Shown: positions 19,425 to 30,649, counted from the stretch's first letter. The stretch: DNA of 64,000 nt from Anaeromyxobacter sp. (GCA_049840735.1 JASGJN010000021.1:192001-256000), one strand, 5' to 3'. Numbers and translations are program-made. Notes: a model not told the origin generated them from the letters alone.

Positions 19425-20578
19425 GCGACCGATCGTTCGAGGTCGTCCACAACATCCCTAGCCCGTACCGGCTTCACCTGTTCCGAACGCTCGGGGAGGA
19501 ACTTGCCGTTCGCGGATACCGGTTCCGGGTCCACTTCATGGCCGCTGGCCATGCGGACCGGCAGCACTGGAAGTTGAGTGCGCCCGACCTCGGCTTCGAG
19601 CATCGGTTCTGGCCGGATCTTCCTCTCCGTGTGCGAGGAAAGGCCTGGCACCTGAACCCCACGCTCCTGGCGCACCTCGTGGGGTCAGCGCCCGACGTGT
19701 TGATGGTCGGAGGGCCGTGGGACTCCCTGACCGCGATGCTCGGGTCGGCCGTTCGGCGGGCGCGGCTCCGGGTGGCCTGGTTCGAGGGGAATACCTCCAC
19801 CCCGGGGCGGGTGGCCGGGCTGCCGGTGTTGTTCAAGCGTGCGCTGCTCGCGGGTTACCACCGGTTCGCCGTGCCGGGGCGCGAGGGGGTTGCCTTCGCA
19901 CGCCTCATCGCGGGACCTGCGGCAGAGAGGCGTTCCCTCGTCCTGCCCAACATCGTGGATGAGAAGCGCTTCCGCGAAGAGCGGCCCCAAGAGGCCGCCG
20001 CGGTGAGGGCTGAACTCGGGGTGCGGGCAGGGGAGAGGCTGGCGATCTGGCCGGCCCGGCTCATCCGGGCGAAGGGCGTCCCCGAGTTCCTGTCGAACCT
20101 GCACCCCACGTACCTCGAGGGATGGCGGCTGGCCATCATCGGCGAGGGTCCGCTGGAACGAACCGCTCGACAGATATGCAGCGAGCGCGGGCTCTCGGAG
20201 AGGGTCGTCTTCAAGCCCTCGATCCCTTACGAACGGATGCCGGCGGCGTACCAAGCCGCCGATCTCTTCGTGCTGCCCTCGCTCAATGACCAGAATCCGC
20301 TGTCGGTGGTGGAGGCGATGCACAGCGGGTTGCCGATCCTCGTCTCGACGCGCATCGGTAATCACCCGGAGGCGCTGGGGGACGGGGCGAACGGTTGGTC
20401 CTTCGACCCTGCGGATGGCGCGGCGGCGCGCGCCGCTGCTGCTGCGGCCTTCGGCAGCCCCGAGGCTGAGCTGCGCCAGCGCGGCGAGGTCTCGCGTCGC
20501 AAGGCGTTTGAGCACTGGAACAGCAGGTCCACCGTGACGCGCTTCCTTTCAGGACTGCTTGGAGAGCGTGACGAGTGA
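19421..20578 (+). CDS. Glycosyltransferase, GT4
   Basis: NIPSPYR and ADLFVLPSLNDQNPLSVVEAMHSGLPI motifs. Confidence 0.85.
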   Translation: MSDRSFEVVHNIPSPYRLHLFRTLGEELAVRGYRFRVHFMAAGHADRQHWKLSAPDLGFEHRFWPDLPLRVRGKAWHLNPTLLAHLVGSAPDVLMVGGPWDSLTAMLGSAVRRARLRVAWFEGNTSTPGRVAGLPVLFKRALLAGYHRFAVPGREGVAFARLIAGPAAERRSLVLPNIVDEKRFREERPQEAAAVRAELGVRAGERLAIWPARLIRAKGVPEFLSNLHPTYLEGWRLAIIGEGPLERTARQICSERGLSERVVFKPSIPYERMPAAYQAADLFVLPSLNDQNPLSVVEAMHSGLPILVSTRIGNHPEALGDGANGWSFDPADGAAARAAAAAAFGSPEAELRQRGEVSRRKAFEHWNSRSTVTRFLSGLLGERDE

Positions 20579-21678
20579 TCCTGGCCATCGATGGGGTCGG
20601 GGCGAAGCACGGCGGCGCCGCCACGGTGCTGCTCGAGGTCCTGGGCGCCGCCCTTCGTCACGGGGCGGCGGACGTGCTGCTGTTCTGCTCTCCTGCCGGA
20701 CTCCGCCGCTTCGCGCTCCCGACCGACCCTCGGCTCCACGTGCGAGAGGTCTCGCTCGGCGAGCGCGGGCCAGGAGGCCGGATCCTGTGGCACCGCCGCG
20801 GTGTAGCGGCGGCGCTGCGCCGACACCCGGCCGACGCAGTCGTCTTCCTGTCGGGTGGCGGGGTGGCACCCCGGGGCCTGCGAGCGGTGACCTTCATCCA
20901 GCAGTCGCTGCCGTTCTGTCCCGAGGCCCTGGCGCGGTTGGGATGGGCTGGGCGCCTGCGGTTCCGGGCCATCCGACAGGAAATGGCGGCGTCGGTCCGT
21001 CACGCAGCGGAGGTCGTGGTTCAGACGCCCACGATGCAGGCTTGGGTCGAGAGCGCGTTCCAGCTCGCGCCGGGGAAGGTGCGAGTGCTGCCGCCTGGCC
21101 CTCCCGGACTCCTGCCCACCGCGAGCCCATCGGCCGTCGCAGCCGCAATGGCGCGGGTGCCACCGGACAGGCGCCTCCTCTACGTCGGGAACGACTCCCC
21201 CTACAAGAACCTGGAGGTGCTCGTTCGGGCCCTGCGTCGGATACGCGAGCAGTGGCCCGAGACGACGCTCTTCGCGACGGTCGGCGGCGATCACCCGATG
21301 ACCCGGGAACCGGGGGTGATTGGACTCTCCTACCTCCAGGGAGGTGAACTGCGCGCCGCCTACGAAGGGGCCACGGCGCTGGTGCTCCCTTCGCTCGTCG
21401 AGACGGTCGGACTCCCCTTGCTGGAAGCGTCCGGCTGCGGCACGCCGGTCGTGGTCGCGGATCGCCCGTACGCGCACGACGTGTGTTCGGATGCCGCGGC
21501 CTACTTCGATCCCCTCGATCCGGATGCGCTGGTGAAGGCTCTGCTGCGCGTCCTGGGGGACCCGAACCTCAGGCGGCGCCTTGGTGGGTGCGGTCGCGAG
21601 CTCGCGCAGGCGCGAAGCGGCGGGCGACCTTACGACCGGCTGGTAGAGCTGGCGCTCGTCCCGCCCGCGCAGACTTGA
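20575..21678 (+). CDS. Glycosyltransferase, GT4
   Basis: PYKNLE and LVLPSLVETVGLPLLEA...YFDPLD motifs. Confidence 0.85.
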   Translation: MILAIDGVGAKHGGAATVLLEVLGAALRHGAADVLLFCSPAGLRRFALPTDPRLHVREVSLGERGPGGRILWHRRGVAAALRRHPADAVVFLSGGGVAPRGLRAVTFIQQSLPFCPEALARLGWAGRLRFRAIRQEMAASVRHAAEVVVQTPTMQAWVESAFQLAPGKVRVLPPGPPGLLPTASPSAVAAAMARVPPDRRLLYVGNDSPYKNLEVLVRALRRIREQWPETTLFATVGGDHPMTREPGVIGLSYLQGGELRAAYEGATALVLPSLVETVGLPLLEASGCGTPVVVADRPYAHDVCSDAAAYFDPLDPDALVKALLRVLGDPNLRRRLGGCGRELAQARSGGRPYDRLVELALVPPAQT

Positions 21679-21723
21679 GCTGGCTACCTACCCCGCTTCG
21701 GGGTCCTGTGCTAGGGAACCCAC

Positions 21724-22494
21724 GTGCCCGTGCCGGTCCGATTCAAGGTGGCGATGGCAGGCTTGCTCTGTCGTCCTGGAGTGGGCGCGCTCATCGCGCG
21801 CCTCTTCTCGGATCGGATCCCGGTTGGCGGGCTGAGGTTGGACACGCACTCGCCGGAGATCACCCCAGGCACGAAGGCCCAGCTGTTCTGGCGATTGTAT
21901 GAGCGGGCAGAGCTGCGAATGGTCGCCCGCTACTTCCCCCGGGACCTTGACGTCGTGGAGCTGGGCGCGAGCATCGGGATGATCTCCATCCACCTCGCGC
22001 GGCGGCTGGGTGCGGGCCGGCGCATGGTCTCCGTGGAGGCCAATCCAGCGCTGACCCGCCTGGTCGAGGCCAATGTCCGCGAGCATGCACCTCACGCACG
22101 GCTCGAGGTGGTCGGCGCGGCCATCGACTACCCGAGCGACGGGCGCCGAGAAGCGAGGTTCCACGTCGCGACCAGGAACGTCGACTCCCGGCTGTCCACG
22201 GCGCCTGGGGCCCGCACCGTCCCGGTTCCCACCATCACGCTCAGCGGGCTGCTCGATCGGCACGGGCTCGAGCGCTTCGCGCTCGTCTCCGACATCGAGG
22301 GTGCCGAGGCGGCCATCCTGTTCGAAGACCCTGCCGCACTGGGCGGCTGCGAGTGGTTGCTCATCGAGCTTCACCAGACGATGCATCGGGGGCGCAGCGT
22401 GTCCGTGGACGACATGGTGACGCGGCTTGGTGAGCTCGGCTTCGCCCTGGTCGCACGCCGCGGTCCCGTTGTGGTCGCTCAGCGCCGAAAGTGA
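21724..22494 (+). CDS. FkbM-family methyltransferase
   Basis: VVELGASIG, VEANP, SDIEGAE and LIELH motifs. Confidence 0.8.
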   Translation: MPVPVRFKVAMAGLLCRPGVGALIARLFSDRIPVGGLRLDTHSPEITPGTKAQLFWRLYERAELRMVARYFPRDLDVVELGASIGMISIHLARRLGAGRRMVSVEANPALTRLVEANVREHAPHARLEVVGAAIDYPSDGRREARFHVATRNVDSRLSTAPGARTVPVPTITLSGLLDRHGLERFALVSDIEGAEAAILFEDPAALGGCEWLLIELHQTMHRGRSVSVDDMVTRLGELGFALVARRGPVVVAQRRK

Positions 22495-22504
22495 GGGAGC
22501 TCCG

Positions 22505-24655
22505 GTGAACCAGGTCGTCCAGGAAGTCCGCTCCGGCATCACCTCCGTCCGAGAGATCCCGGCGCCGATCGCCCCGCCCGGCCACGTCGTGGTCGCGAAC
22601 GCCAGGTCCCTGATCTCCGCCGGCACGGAGCGCTACGTCGTCGAGCTGGCCCGCAAGAGCCTCATCGGCAAGGCGCGGCAGCGTCCTGACCAGGTCCGGC
22701 GCGTCCTCCAGAAGATCCGCGACGAGGGCCTGCTCACCACGATGCAGCAGGTCCGCGCCAAGCTCGACGAGCCCATGCCGCTGGGCTACTCCACCGCCGG
22801 GGTCGTGCTCGAGTGCGGCAGGGGCGTCTCGGAGCTGAAGCCAGGAACCGGGTGGCCACCGCCGGCCCGCACGCAGGCGTGATCGCCATTGGCAGGAACC
22901 TGTGCGCCTCCATCCCCGCGAACGTCACCTTCGAGCAGGCGGCGTTCACGTCGGTCGCGACGATCGGGATGGAGGGCGTGCGCCTGGCCAGGGTCACGCT
23001 CGGCGAGCGCGTCCTGGTCATCGGCCTCGGGCTCATCGGCCAGATCTGCGTGGCGCTCCTCAAGGCCAACGGGTGCCGGGTCTTCGGCATCGACGTCGAC
23101 CCGGCCAAGCTCGAGCTGGCGCGCGCGTTCGGTGCGGATGAGGTCGCGATCGGCTCCCCCGCCGACGCCATCAAGCGGTTCGGGGGCGGGGTGGGCGTCG
23201 ACGCGGTGGTGATCACCGCCGCGACCGCCAGCAACGGCCCCGTCGAGCTCGCGGCCGAGGTCTGCCGGCCCCGCGGGCGCATCGTGCTGGTCGGCGTGGT
23301 CGGCCTGAACCTCCCGCGGCCCCCCTTCTTCCAGAAGGAGCTGGAGTTCACTGTCTCGGGGTCGCTGGGCCCGGGCCGGTGGGACGCAACCTACGAGGAG
23401 AAGGGCATCGACTACCCGCTGGGCCAGGTCCGCTGGACCGCGCAGCGGAACATGCAGGCGGTGCTGGACCTCATCTCGTCCGGGAAGCTGCCCGTCGAGA
23501 AGCTCGTCTCGCACCGCTTCCCCATCGAGCGGGCCGCGGAGGCGTACGAATCTCATCACGGCCGGTCAGACCCCGTTCCTGGGGGTGGTGCTCGACTACG
23601 GCGAGCCGGAGCGGACCCCTTCGCGGCGCGTGGACCTCGGGCCGAGGGCGCCGGCGACCGGCGAGGTCGGCGTGAGCTTCATCGGCGCCGGGAACTTCGC
23701 GCGCCTCATCCTCCTCCCGGCGCTGGAGCGGCTGGGCGGCTTCGGCCTGCGCGGGCTCTGCACGGCCAAGGGCCTCTCCGCCGAGCACTCCGGGCGCGGC
23801 AAGGGGTTCGCCTTCGCGACCACCGACGCCCAGGAGAATCTGGTCGGATGCCGGGACGCAGGCCGTGTTCATCGCCACGCGGCACGACCTCCACGCCGAC
23901 CTGGTCATCGCGGCCCTGCGGGCCGGCAAGCAGGTCTTCGTCGAGAAGCCGCTCTGCATCCGGCCGGAGGAGCTGGCCGAGATCGGCCGGACCGTGACCG
24001 AGCTGGGCGAGCAGTGCCCGCTCCTGATGGTCGGCTTCAACCGGCGCTTCGCCCCGGCGACCGCCGCACTGCGCGGCCACTTCGCCGACGCGGGGCCGCT
24101 CAGCGTCTCCTACCGGTTCGCGCCCGGAGCCATCCCGCCGGAGCACTGGACGCAGGACGAGGACGTGGGCGGAGGCCGCATCGTCGGCGAGGCCTGCCAC
24201 GCCATCGACACCTGCGTGGCGCTGACGGGCAGCCTGCCCGTGCGCGTGCACGCCGAGTCGGTCGCCAGGGCCGGCGGTCTCGAGACCACCGACGACCGGG
24301 TCTTCATCACGCTGCGCCACGAGAACGGCAGCATCTCGAGCCTCTCCTACCAGGCCGGGGGGATCGGGGCTTCCCCTCCGAGCGGATCGAGGTGTTCGGC
24401 GGCGGCCGGACGGCCGTGCTCGACGCATGGGACCGGCTGGAGCTCTGGCGCGGGGGGCGAGCCGCGCGCTCGAGCGCCGGACGGGACAAGGGGCACCGCT
24501 CAGAGCTGGAGGCCTTCCTCGCGGCCTGCCGGAGCGGAGGGCCGTCTCCGATCCCCTGGGCTCATGTCCACGGGGTGGCTGAGGCCACGCTCGCGGCGGT
24601 CCGCAGCCTGCGCGAAGGCTTGCCCCAGGATTGCGGGGCCGGCTCCTTCGGCTAA
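22505..24655 (+). CDS. Bi-domain oxidoreductase (Zn-ADH-like plus Gfo/Idh/MocA); four apparent frameshifts
   Basis: SLISAGTE, PLGYS, GLGLIGQ, RWTAQRNM, IGAGNFA, FVEKPL, VGFNRRF and GGGRIVGEACH are spread over three frames, with shifts near 22845, 23550, 23838 and 24360. Confidence 0.8.
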
Positions 24656-24681
24656 CCTCCGTCGCTCGGAGCACCCAGCCC

Positions 24682-27600
24682 GTGTGCGGCATCGCCGGCA
24701 TCTTCCACTACGCTGATCCGGCCCACCCGGTGGACCGCTCGCTGCTCGAGCGGATGACGCGCGCGCTCGCGCATCGCGGCCCGGACGGCGAGGGCTTCCA
24801 CGTGGACGGGCCGCTTGGGCTCGGCCACCGCCGCCTGGCCATCGTGGACCTGACGCCGACGGGCGCCCAGCCGATGGCCAGCCCCGACCGCGCGCGCTGG
24901 ATCACCTACAACGGCGAGTTCTACGACCACGCGGACCACCGCGAAGCCCTCTCGCGGCGGCACGCCTTCCGCGGGCGTTCCGACACCGAGACCATGCTGG
25001 CCCTCCTGAGCGAGCGTGGGCCGGAGGCGCTGGGCGGCATCTCCGCGATCTTCGGCCTGGCGTTCTGGGACGGGTCAGCGCGCACGCTCACGCTCGCGCG
25101 CGACGCGCTGGGCGTGAAGCAGGTCTATTTCCATGACGACGGGTGCCGGCTGATCTTCGCGAGCGAGATCAAGGCGCTCCTGGAAGACCCCAAGGTCGCC
25201 CGGGCGCTCGATCCCGAGGCCGTCAACCAGTTCCTGCACTTTCACACTCCGCTCTTCGAGCGGACCTTCTTCCGCACCATCCGGCAGGTGCAGCCGGGCG
25301 AGTTCCTGCAATGGCGGGTGGGTGCGAGCCCGCGAAGGGCTCGGTTCTGGGAGCTGCGGGGCCCGGAGGATGTCGCAGGGCGGCCGCAGGAGGTGGTCTC
25401 GGCCCTCGGCGAACGCCTCTCCGGCGTCGTCGCCCAGCAATTGATGTCCGACGTCCCCGTCGGCACCTTCTTCAGCGGTGGCATCGACTCCAGCGCCGTC
25501 GCCAGCTACGCGGCGCGCGCCGGCCAGCGTCCGCAGTGCTTCGGGGTCCACTTCGCGGATCAGGGCGTCATCGACGAGCGCCCATACCAGGAGGCGGCGG
25601 CGAAGGCGCTGGGCCTGGAGCTCGAGCTGCTCACGCTGGACGGGACGAGCTTCGCCGAGGACCTCCCCAGGCTGCTGCGGCAGCAGGACCAGCCGGTGAT
25701 CGGCCCCGCGCTGATCCCCATGTTCCACGTGAGCCGGCTCGCCGCGCGCAAGGTGAAGGTGTGCCTCGGCGGCCAGGCGGCCGACGAGCTCTTCGGCGGC
25801 TACGCGCGCTACGGGCTCACCCACCCGCTGCGGACCGTGGCCTCGATGCTCCGGGGTGGCGGGGGCCAGGTGATCGGCTCGGCCGGTCCCCGCGTCGGCG
25901 GGAACCTCCGGCGCCAGCTCCTGGATCCGCGGACCTTCAGGCGAGCGGTGAAGGGCCTCGGGAAGCTCCTCGACTGGCAGGACCTCTACTTCAGCAACTT
26001 CTGCAAGGTCCCCGAGTCCACCTGGGCCTCGCTGTTCGAGGCGGAGGGGATCGTCTCGCGGGAGAGCTGCTGGGAGATCTTCCGCGAGACGGTCCGACGC
26101 TCGCCGCTCCGCGATCCGGCCAGCCGCGTCATGCACTGGGACCTGCAGGCGTACCTGCCCGGCCTGTTCCAGCAGGACGATCGGATGAGCATGGCGAGCG
26201 GGCTGGAGTCGCGCGTGCCCTTCGCCGACCCTCGCCTGGTCGAGTTCGCGTTCAGCGTCCCCTTCGAGCTGAAGGTCCGTGAAGGCGCCTCCAAGTGGCT
26301 GCTCCGCCGCGCGGTCGCGGACGTATTGCCCGAGCTGGTCCTGGGTCGCCGGAAGGTGGGCTTCGACACACCGGTCGAGCAGTGGATGTCGGGCCCGCAC
26401 GCGGGGTTCGTGCGGGAGACGCTCCTGTCGCGCCCGGCCCGGCAGCGCGGCCTCTGGCGACCCGCCGTGCTCGAGCAGTGGCTCTCACAGCCCGGGCGCG
26501 ACCTGTGGCCGGACATCGTCTGGAAGGCGCTCTGCATCGAGCTCTGGGCTCAGCAGCTCCTGGACAGCCCGCGGCGGGGCGAGTCGGCGGCCGTTCCGGA
26601 GGTGCAGGGCACCAGCGCCCAGGCGGCTGCGCCGGCCACGGCCGCGGAGCGCCCCGGATTCACGGCGACGCTGCGCGAGCTGCGCGAGCTCGGACCGGGG
26701 GGACTGGCGTTCCGGCTCAAGTGGGAAGCCAAGCTGCGGTCAGGCCTGCTCGCCCGGGGGGAGGCGCCGCTCACGCCGCTGGCTCCCGCGAACACGCCGG
26801 AGACCGCCGCGCTCACGGGCAGGTTGCCGTTCCAGGCGCAGGCCGTCGCCTCGCTCATGCGGGATCGCATGCCCGCGGCCGACCGCGCCCGCCTGGTCGA
26901 GACGGCGGAGCGGGCCGCGCTGGGCGAGATCCGCGCGTTCGGACGCTGGGACGCGTTCTACGGCCGGCCACCAGACTGGCACCTCAACCCGGTCAACGGC
27001 CGGCGCTGGCCGGCCAATCGCCACTGGTCGAAGGTCCTGCGCGACGAGCGTCGGGTAGGCGACATCAAGCTGTCCTGGGAGATCGGGCGCTTCCCGCACG
27101 CCTACGCCATCGCCCGGGCGGGCACGCACGCCGGGCCACGGCCGGATCTCCAGGCGGCGCTGGCCGACCAGCTCGTCCGCTTCGAGGCGGAGAACCCCTT
27201 CCCGCTCGGCGCCCACTGGGCCTCCGGCCAGGAGATCGCGTTCCGGCTGATGGCCTGGCTCTTCGCGCTGGGCGCGAGCGGGCCGGACGGTGCGGTGGGC
27301 TCGGCGGGCCCGCTGATCGCGCGCGCGCTCCATGGCGGCGCGGCCTTCATCGAGCGCCACCTCGAGTACACGCTGAAGGCCGTCTACAACAACCACCTGC
27401 TGTCGGAGGCGCTGGCCTTGCTCCTCGCCGGCGAGCTGCTCCCCACGGCCCCCGACGCGGAGCGGTGGCGGGACCGTGGCCTCGCCCTGCTGACCGGGCA
27501 GGCCGATCGCCAGTTCTACGAGGACGGCGGCTACATCCAGCAGTCGCACAACTACGAGCGCGTCGCCCTGCAGGACTATCTCTGGGCGACCGCGCTCCTC

Positions 27601-28767
27601 CGCCAGGCTGGCCGGGAAGTCCCCGCGCCCTGGCTCGGGGCGATGGGGCGGGCGGTCGACTTCCTGTTCGCCCAGCAGAACCCGATCGACGGGCGCCTGC
27701 CCAACTACGGCGCCAACGACGGCGCGCTGCCCTCGCCGCTCACCAGCTGCGACTACTCCGACTTCCGTCCGACCCTCCAGGCCGCTTCGCTCGCGAGCCG
27801 CGGCGAGCGGCTCTATGACTCGGGCCCGTGGGACGAGGAGGCGGCGTGGCTGCTGGGGTCCGCGGCGCTCGAGGCGCCGCTCCGGGCGCACCCGCGGCGC
27901 TCCGTGTCCTTCCGGCCCACCGGCTTCCACGTCCTGAGGGGCGACGACCCGAGCACGTTCGCGGCCTTCCGCTGCGGCACGGTCCGTGACCGCTTCTCGC
28001 AGATCGACATGCTCAGCCTCGACGTCTGGTGGCGCGGCCAGAACGTGATCGTGGACCCGGGTTCGTACCACTACAACGGCGCGGACCGCTGGCACGAGCA
28101 CTTCATGTGCACGCCTTCGCACAGCACCGTCGTGGTGGACGGCCGCGATCAGATGCTGCACTACCGCCGCTTCAAGAACCTCTACTGGACCGAGGCGGAG
28201 CTGCTGGGGTTCGACGACCAGCCTGCGTTCACGCTCGCCGAGGGCCGGCACTTCGGCTATCGGCGGCATCCAGGCCAGATCGTCCACGGCCGCTCGGTGC
28301 TGCACGTGAAGGACGGCCTCTGGATCGTCGCCGACCGCCTGACCGGCGCGGGCGAGCACCACGCCCGGCTCCACTGGCTGGGCGGCGAGCACGAGTGGGC
28401 GTACGACCATCAGGCCGCCTGCTTGACGCTCACCACGCCCGCAGGTCCGTTCTACATCTCGATCTTCGATGCGGAGGGCCTGCCGCTCGCCGGCTCGGTC
28501 GTCGCCGGCCAGTCGGATCCCCCGAGGGGCTGGCTCTCGCGTTACTACGGGGAAAAGCGCCCGGTGCCCTCCCTGGCCATCGAGCGCCACGCCGTGGTAC
28601 CCATCGTGGCCGTGTCGCTCCTCTCCGCCGGGCGCCCTCGGGTCGAGGTCGCGGGCGAGCGCTGGACCGCGAAGCTGGAAGACCTCGAGGTCCAGTTCAC
28701 GCTGGCTGACGGAAGGTTCAAGGACGTGCGCATCTCGCGCGCGGGCGCACGGCCAGGGCAGGCGTGA
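24682..28767 (+). CDS. Glutamine-dependent amidotransferase (AsnB-like) fused to a heparinase II/III-like domain
   Basis: N-terminal MCGIAG, HRGPD, SGGIDS, DELFGGY and DRMSMASGLESRVPF. After an Ala-rich linker come GDIKLSWE, NNHLLSEA and VDPGSYHY...SHSTV. One continuous frame. Confidence 0.85.
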   Translation: MCGIAGIFHYADPAHPVDRSLLERMTRALAHRGPDGEGFHVDGPLGLGHRRLAIVDLTPTGAQPMASPDRARWITYNGEFYDHADHREALSRRHAFRGRSDTETMLALLSERGPEALGGISAIFGLAFWDGSARTLTLARDALGVKQVYFHDDGCRLIFASEIKALLEDPKVARALDPEAVNQFLHFHTPLFERTFFRTIRQVQPGEFLQWRVGASPRRARFWELRGPEDVAGRPQEVVSALGERLSGVVAQQLMSDVPVGTFFSGGIDSSAVASYAARAGQRPQCFGVHFADQGVIDERPYQEAAAKALGLELELLTLDGTSFAEDLPRLLRQQDQPVIGPALIPMFHVSRLAARKVKVCLGGQAADELFGGYARYGLTHPLRTVASMLRGGGGQVIGSAGPRVGGNLRRQLLDPRTFRRAVKGLGKLLDWQDLYFSNFCKVPESTWASLFEAEGIVSRESCWEIFRETVRRSPLRDPASRVMHWDLQAYLPGLFQQDDRMSMASGLESRVPFADPRLVEFAFSVPFELKVREGASKWLLRRAVADVLPELVLGRRKVGFDTPVEQWMSGPHAGFVRETLLSRPARQRGLWRPAVLEQWLSQPGRDLWPDIVWKALCIELWAQQLLDSPRRGESAAVPEVQGTSAQAAAPATAAERPGFTATLRELRELGPGGLAFRLKWEAKLRSGLLARGEAPLTPLAPANTPETAALTGRLPFQAQAVASLMRDRMPAADRARLVETAERAALGEIRAFGRWDAFYGRPPDWHLNPVNGRRWPANRHWSKVLRDERRVGDIKLSWEIGRFPHAYAIARAGTHAGPRPDLQAALADQLVRFEAENPFPLGAHWASGQEIAFRLMAWLFALGASGPDGAVGSAGPLIARALHGGAAFIERHLEYTLKAVYNNHLLSEALALLLAGELLPTAPDAERWRDRGLALLTGQADRQFYEDGGYIQQSHNYERVALQDYLWATALLRQAGREVPAPWLGAMGRAVDFLFAQQNPIDGRLPNYGANDGALPSPLTSCDYSDFRPTLQAASLASRGERLYDSGPWDEEAAWLLGSAALEAPLRAHPRRSVSFRPTGFHVLRGDDPSTFAAFRCGTVRDRFSQIDMLSLDVWWRGQNVIVDPGSYHYNGADRWHEHFMCTPSHSTVVVDGRDQMLHYRRFKNLYWTEAELLGFDDQPAFTLAEGRHFGYRRHPGQIVHGRSVLHVKDGLWIVADRLTGAGEHHARLHWLGGEHEWAYDHQAACLTLTTPAGPFYISIFDAEGLPLAGSVVAGQSDPPRGWLSRYYGEKRPVPSLAIERHAVVPIVAVSLLSAGRPRVEVAGERWTAKLEDLEVQFTLADGRFKDVRISRAGARPGQA

Positions 28768-29999
28768 GAATCCTCGTCGTCCACCAGTTCTACCTGCAGC
28801 CTGGAGAGCCTGGCGGCTCCCGCTTCAACGAGCTCGCGCGGATGTGGGCCGGCGCAGGGCACCAGGTCACCGTCATCGCGGGGACCGTCAACTACAACAC
28901 CGGCAAGGCGCCCGCCAGGTACCGCGGCCGCTGGAACACGCGCGAGCAGGACGGCGACGTGACCATCTGGCGGTGTCACGTCCCGGAGAGCTACGGCAAG
29001 AGCTACCTCGGCCGGATGTGGGCGTTCTTCGCGTTCACCCTCTCGGCCGCCACAGCGGCGCTGCGGTGTGCCAAGGCGGACGTGGTGATCGCCACCTCGC
29101 CGCCGCTGGTCGCCGTGATCCCGGGGTGGCTGGCGGCGAAGCGGCACCGCGCCAGGTTCATCTTCGAGATGCGCGACCTCTGGCCGGAGAGCGCCATCAC
29201 CACCGGCGTGCTGCGCCGGGGCTCGCTCCTGGCGCGCCTGCTCTACGGGCTCGAGCGCTGGGGCTGCCGGGTGGCCGACCGGATCAACGTGCTCACGCCC
29301 GCCTTCCGCGAAGACCTGATCCAGCGGAAGCTGGCCACCGCGGATCGCATCGTGTTCGTGCCCAACGGCGCCGACCTCGATCTGTTCCAGCCGGGTCCGG
29401 CCGACGCGGCGCTCCGGGAGGAGCTGGGGTGGAAGGACCGCTTCGTGGTGATGTACGCCGGGGCGCACGGGCGCGCCAACGCGGTGGATCAGCTGGTCCG
29501 GGCCGCGGAGCTGCTCCGGGCGCACCCCGACATCTGCATCGCCTCGGTGGGCGACGGGCCGGAGCGCGCGCGCGCCGAGCGCGCGGCGCAGGAGAAGGGG
29601 CTCACCAACATCATCTTCCACGGCCCGCAGCCCAAGGAGCGGATGCCGGCCCTGGTCCGCGCCTGCGACGCGGGCGCGGCCGTCCTCCAGAACAACCCCA
29701 CCTTCCGGACCGTCTATCCGAACAAGGTCTTCGACTACATGGCCTGCGAGCGGCCCACGCTCCTCGCGATCGACGGCGTCGCCCGCGAGCTGGTCTGCGA
29801 CCAGGCGGGGGCCGGGGTGTTCGCCGAGCCGGAGAATGCGGCCGCCCTCGCCGACGCGATCCTGCGCCTGGCCGGCGACCCTGCGGGGCGCGCGGCCATG
29901 GCCCGCCGCGGTCGCGAGTGGGTGGTGGCCAACGCCGGGCGGGACGCGCTCGCGGTCCGCTACCTCGAGATCATGCAGGGGCTCACCGGACAGGCATGA
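28764..29999 (+). CDS. Glycosyltransferase GT4, WbuB-like
   Basis: TSPPL, EMRDLWPES, VPNGAD, YAGAHGRAN and PNKVFDYMA motifs. Confidence 0.88.
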   Translation: MRILVVHQFYLQPGEPGGSRFNELARMWAGAGHQVTVIAGTVNYNTGKAPARYRGRWNTREQDGDVTIWRCHVPESYGKSYLGRMWAFFAFTLSAATAALRCAKADVVIATSPPLVAVIPGWLAAKRHRARFIFEMRDLWPESAITTGVLRRGSLLARLLYGLERWGCRVADRINVLTPAFREDLIQRKLATADRIVFVPNGADLDLFQPGPADAALREELGWKDRFVVMYAGAHGRANAVDQLVRAAELLRAHPDICIASVGDGPERARAERAAQEKGLTNIIFHGPQPKERMPALVRACDAGAAVLQNNPTFRTVYPNKVFDYMACERPTLLAIDGVARELVCDQAGAGVFAEPENAAALADAILRLAGDPAGRAAMARRGREWVVANAGRDALAVRYLEIMQGLTGQA

Positions 30000-30649
30000 G
30001 CGCGCCGGGTCGCCAGCGCGGGTGGCCGCTCGTGGGGAAGGTCGCCCTGGACCGGACCGCGGCGTTGCTGGCGCTGCTCCTGACCGCGCCGCTGCTCCTG
30101 GTCACGTGCGCCGCGGTGCGCGTCACCCTGGGCCGGCCGGTGCTCTTCGCGCAGCAGCGGCCCGGGCGAGGCTCCGTTCCGTTCCGCTGTCTCAAGCTGC
30201 GCACCATGCGCGAGGCGGTGGACCGGCACGGGACACCGCTCCCGGACGGCGCGCGCCTCACGCGGCTGGGCCGGTTCCTGCGCGCGACCAGCATCGACGA
30301 GCTGCCGCAGCTCATCAACGTGCTGCGCGGGGAGCTCAGCCTCGTCGGGCCACGGCCGCTGCTGATGCAGTACCTGACGCGCTACAGCAGCGAGCAGGCC
30401 CGGCGCCACGACGTGCTCCCGGGGATCACCGGGTGGGCGCAGGTGAACGGCCGGAACGCGATCTCCTGGAAGGAGAAGTTCGCGCTGGACGTTTGGTACG
30501 TGGACCACTGGACATTGGGGCTCGACCTGAAGATCCTGTGGCTCACCGTCGTACACCTGCTCAGGCGAGACGGGATCTCGCGCGAGGGTCACGCCACGAT
30601 GCCGGAGTTCATGGGCGAAGCCGACGACGCCGACCGGGGGCAGGCATGA
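29996..30649 (+). CDS. Initiating phosphoglycosyl transferase (PglC-like)
   Basis: KLRTM, SIDELPQLINVLRGELSLVGPRP and PGITGWAQVNGRN motifs. Confidence 0.92.
   Translation: MSAPGRQRGWPLVGKVALDRTAALLALLLTAPLLLVTCAAVRVTLGRPVLFAQQRPGRGSVPFRCLKLRTMREAVDRHGTPLPDGARLTRLGRFLRATSIDELPQLINVLRGELSLVGPRPLLMQYLTRYSSEQARRHDVLPGITGWAQVNGRNAISWKEKFALDVWYVDHWTLGLDLKILWLTVVHLLRRDGISREGHATMPEFMGEADDADRGQA

Noticed and set aside
22505..24655. Pseudogene or programmed frameshifting in the bi-domain oxidoreductase
   Set aside because: There are no premature stops in the corrected path, motifs are intact, and the shifts sit at GATC or CCAGG sites typical of basecalling error.
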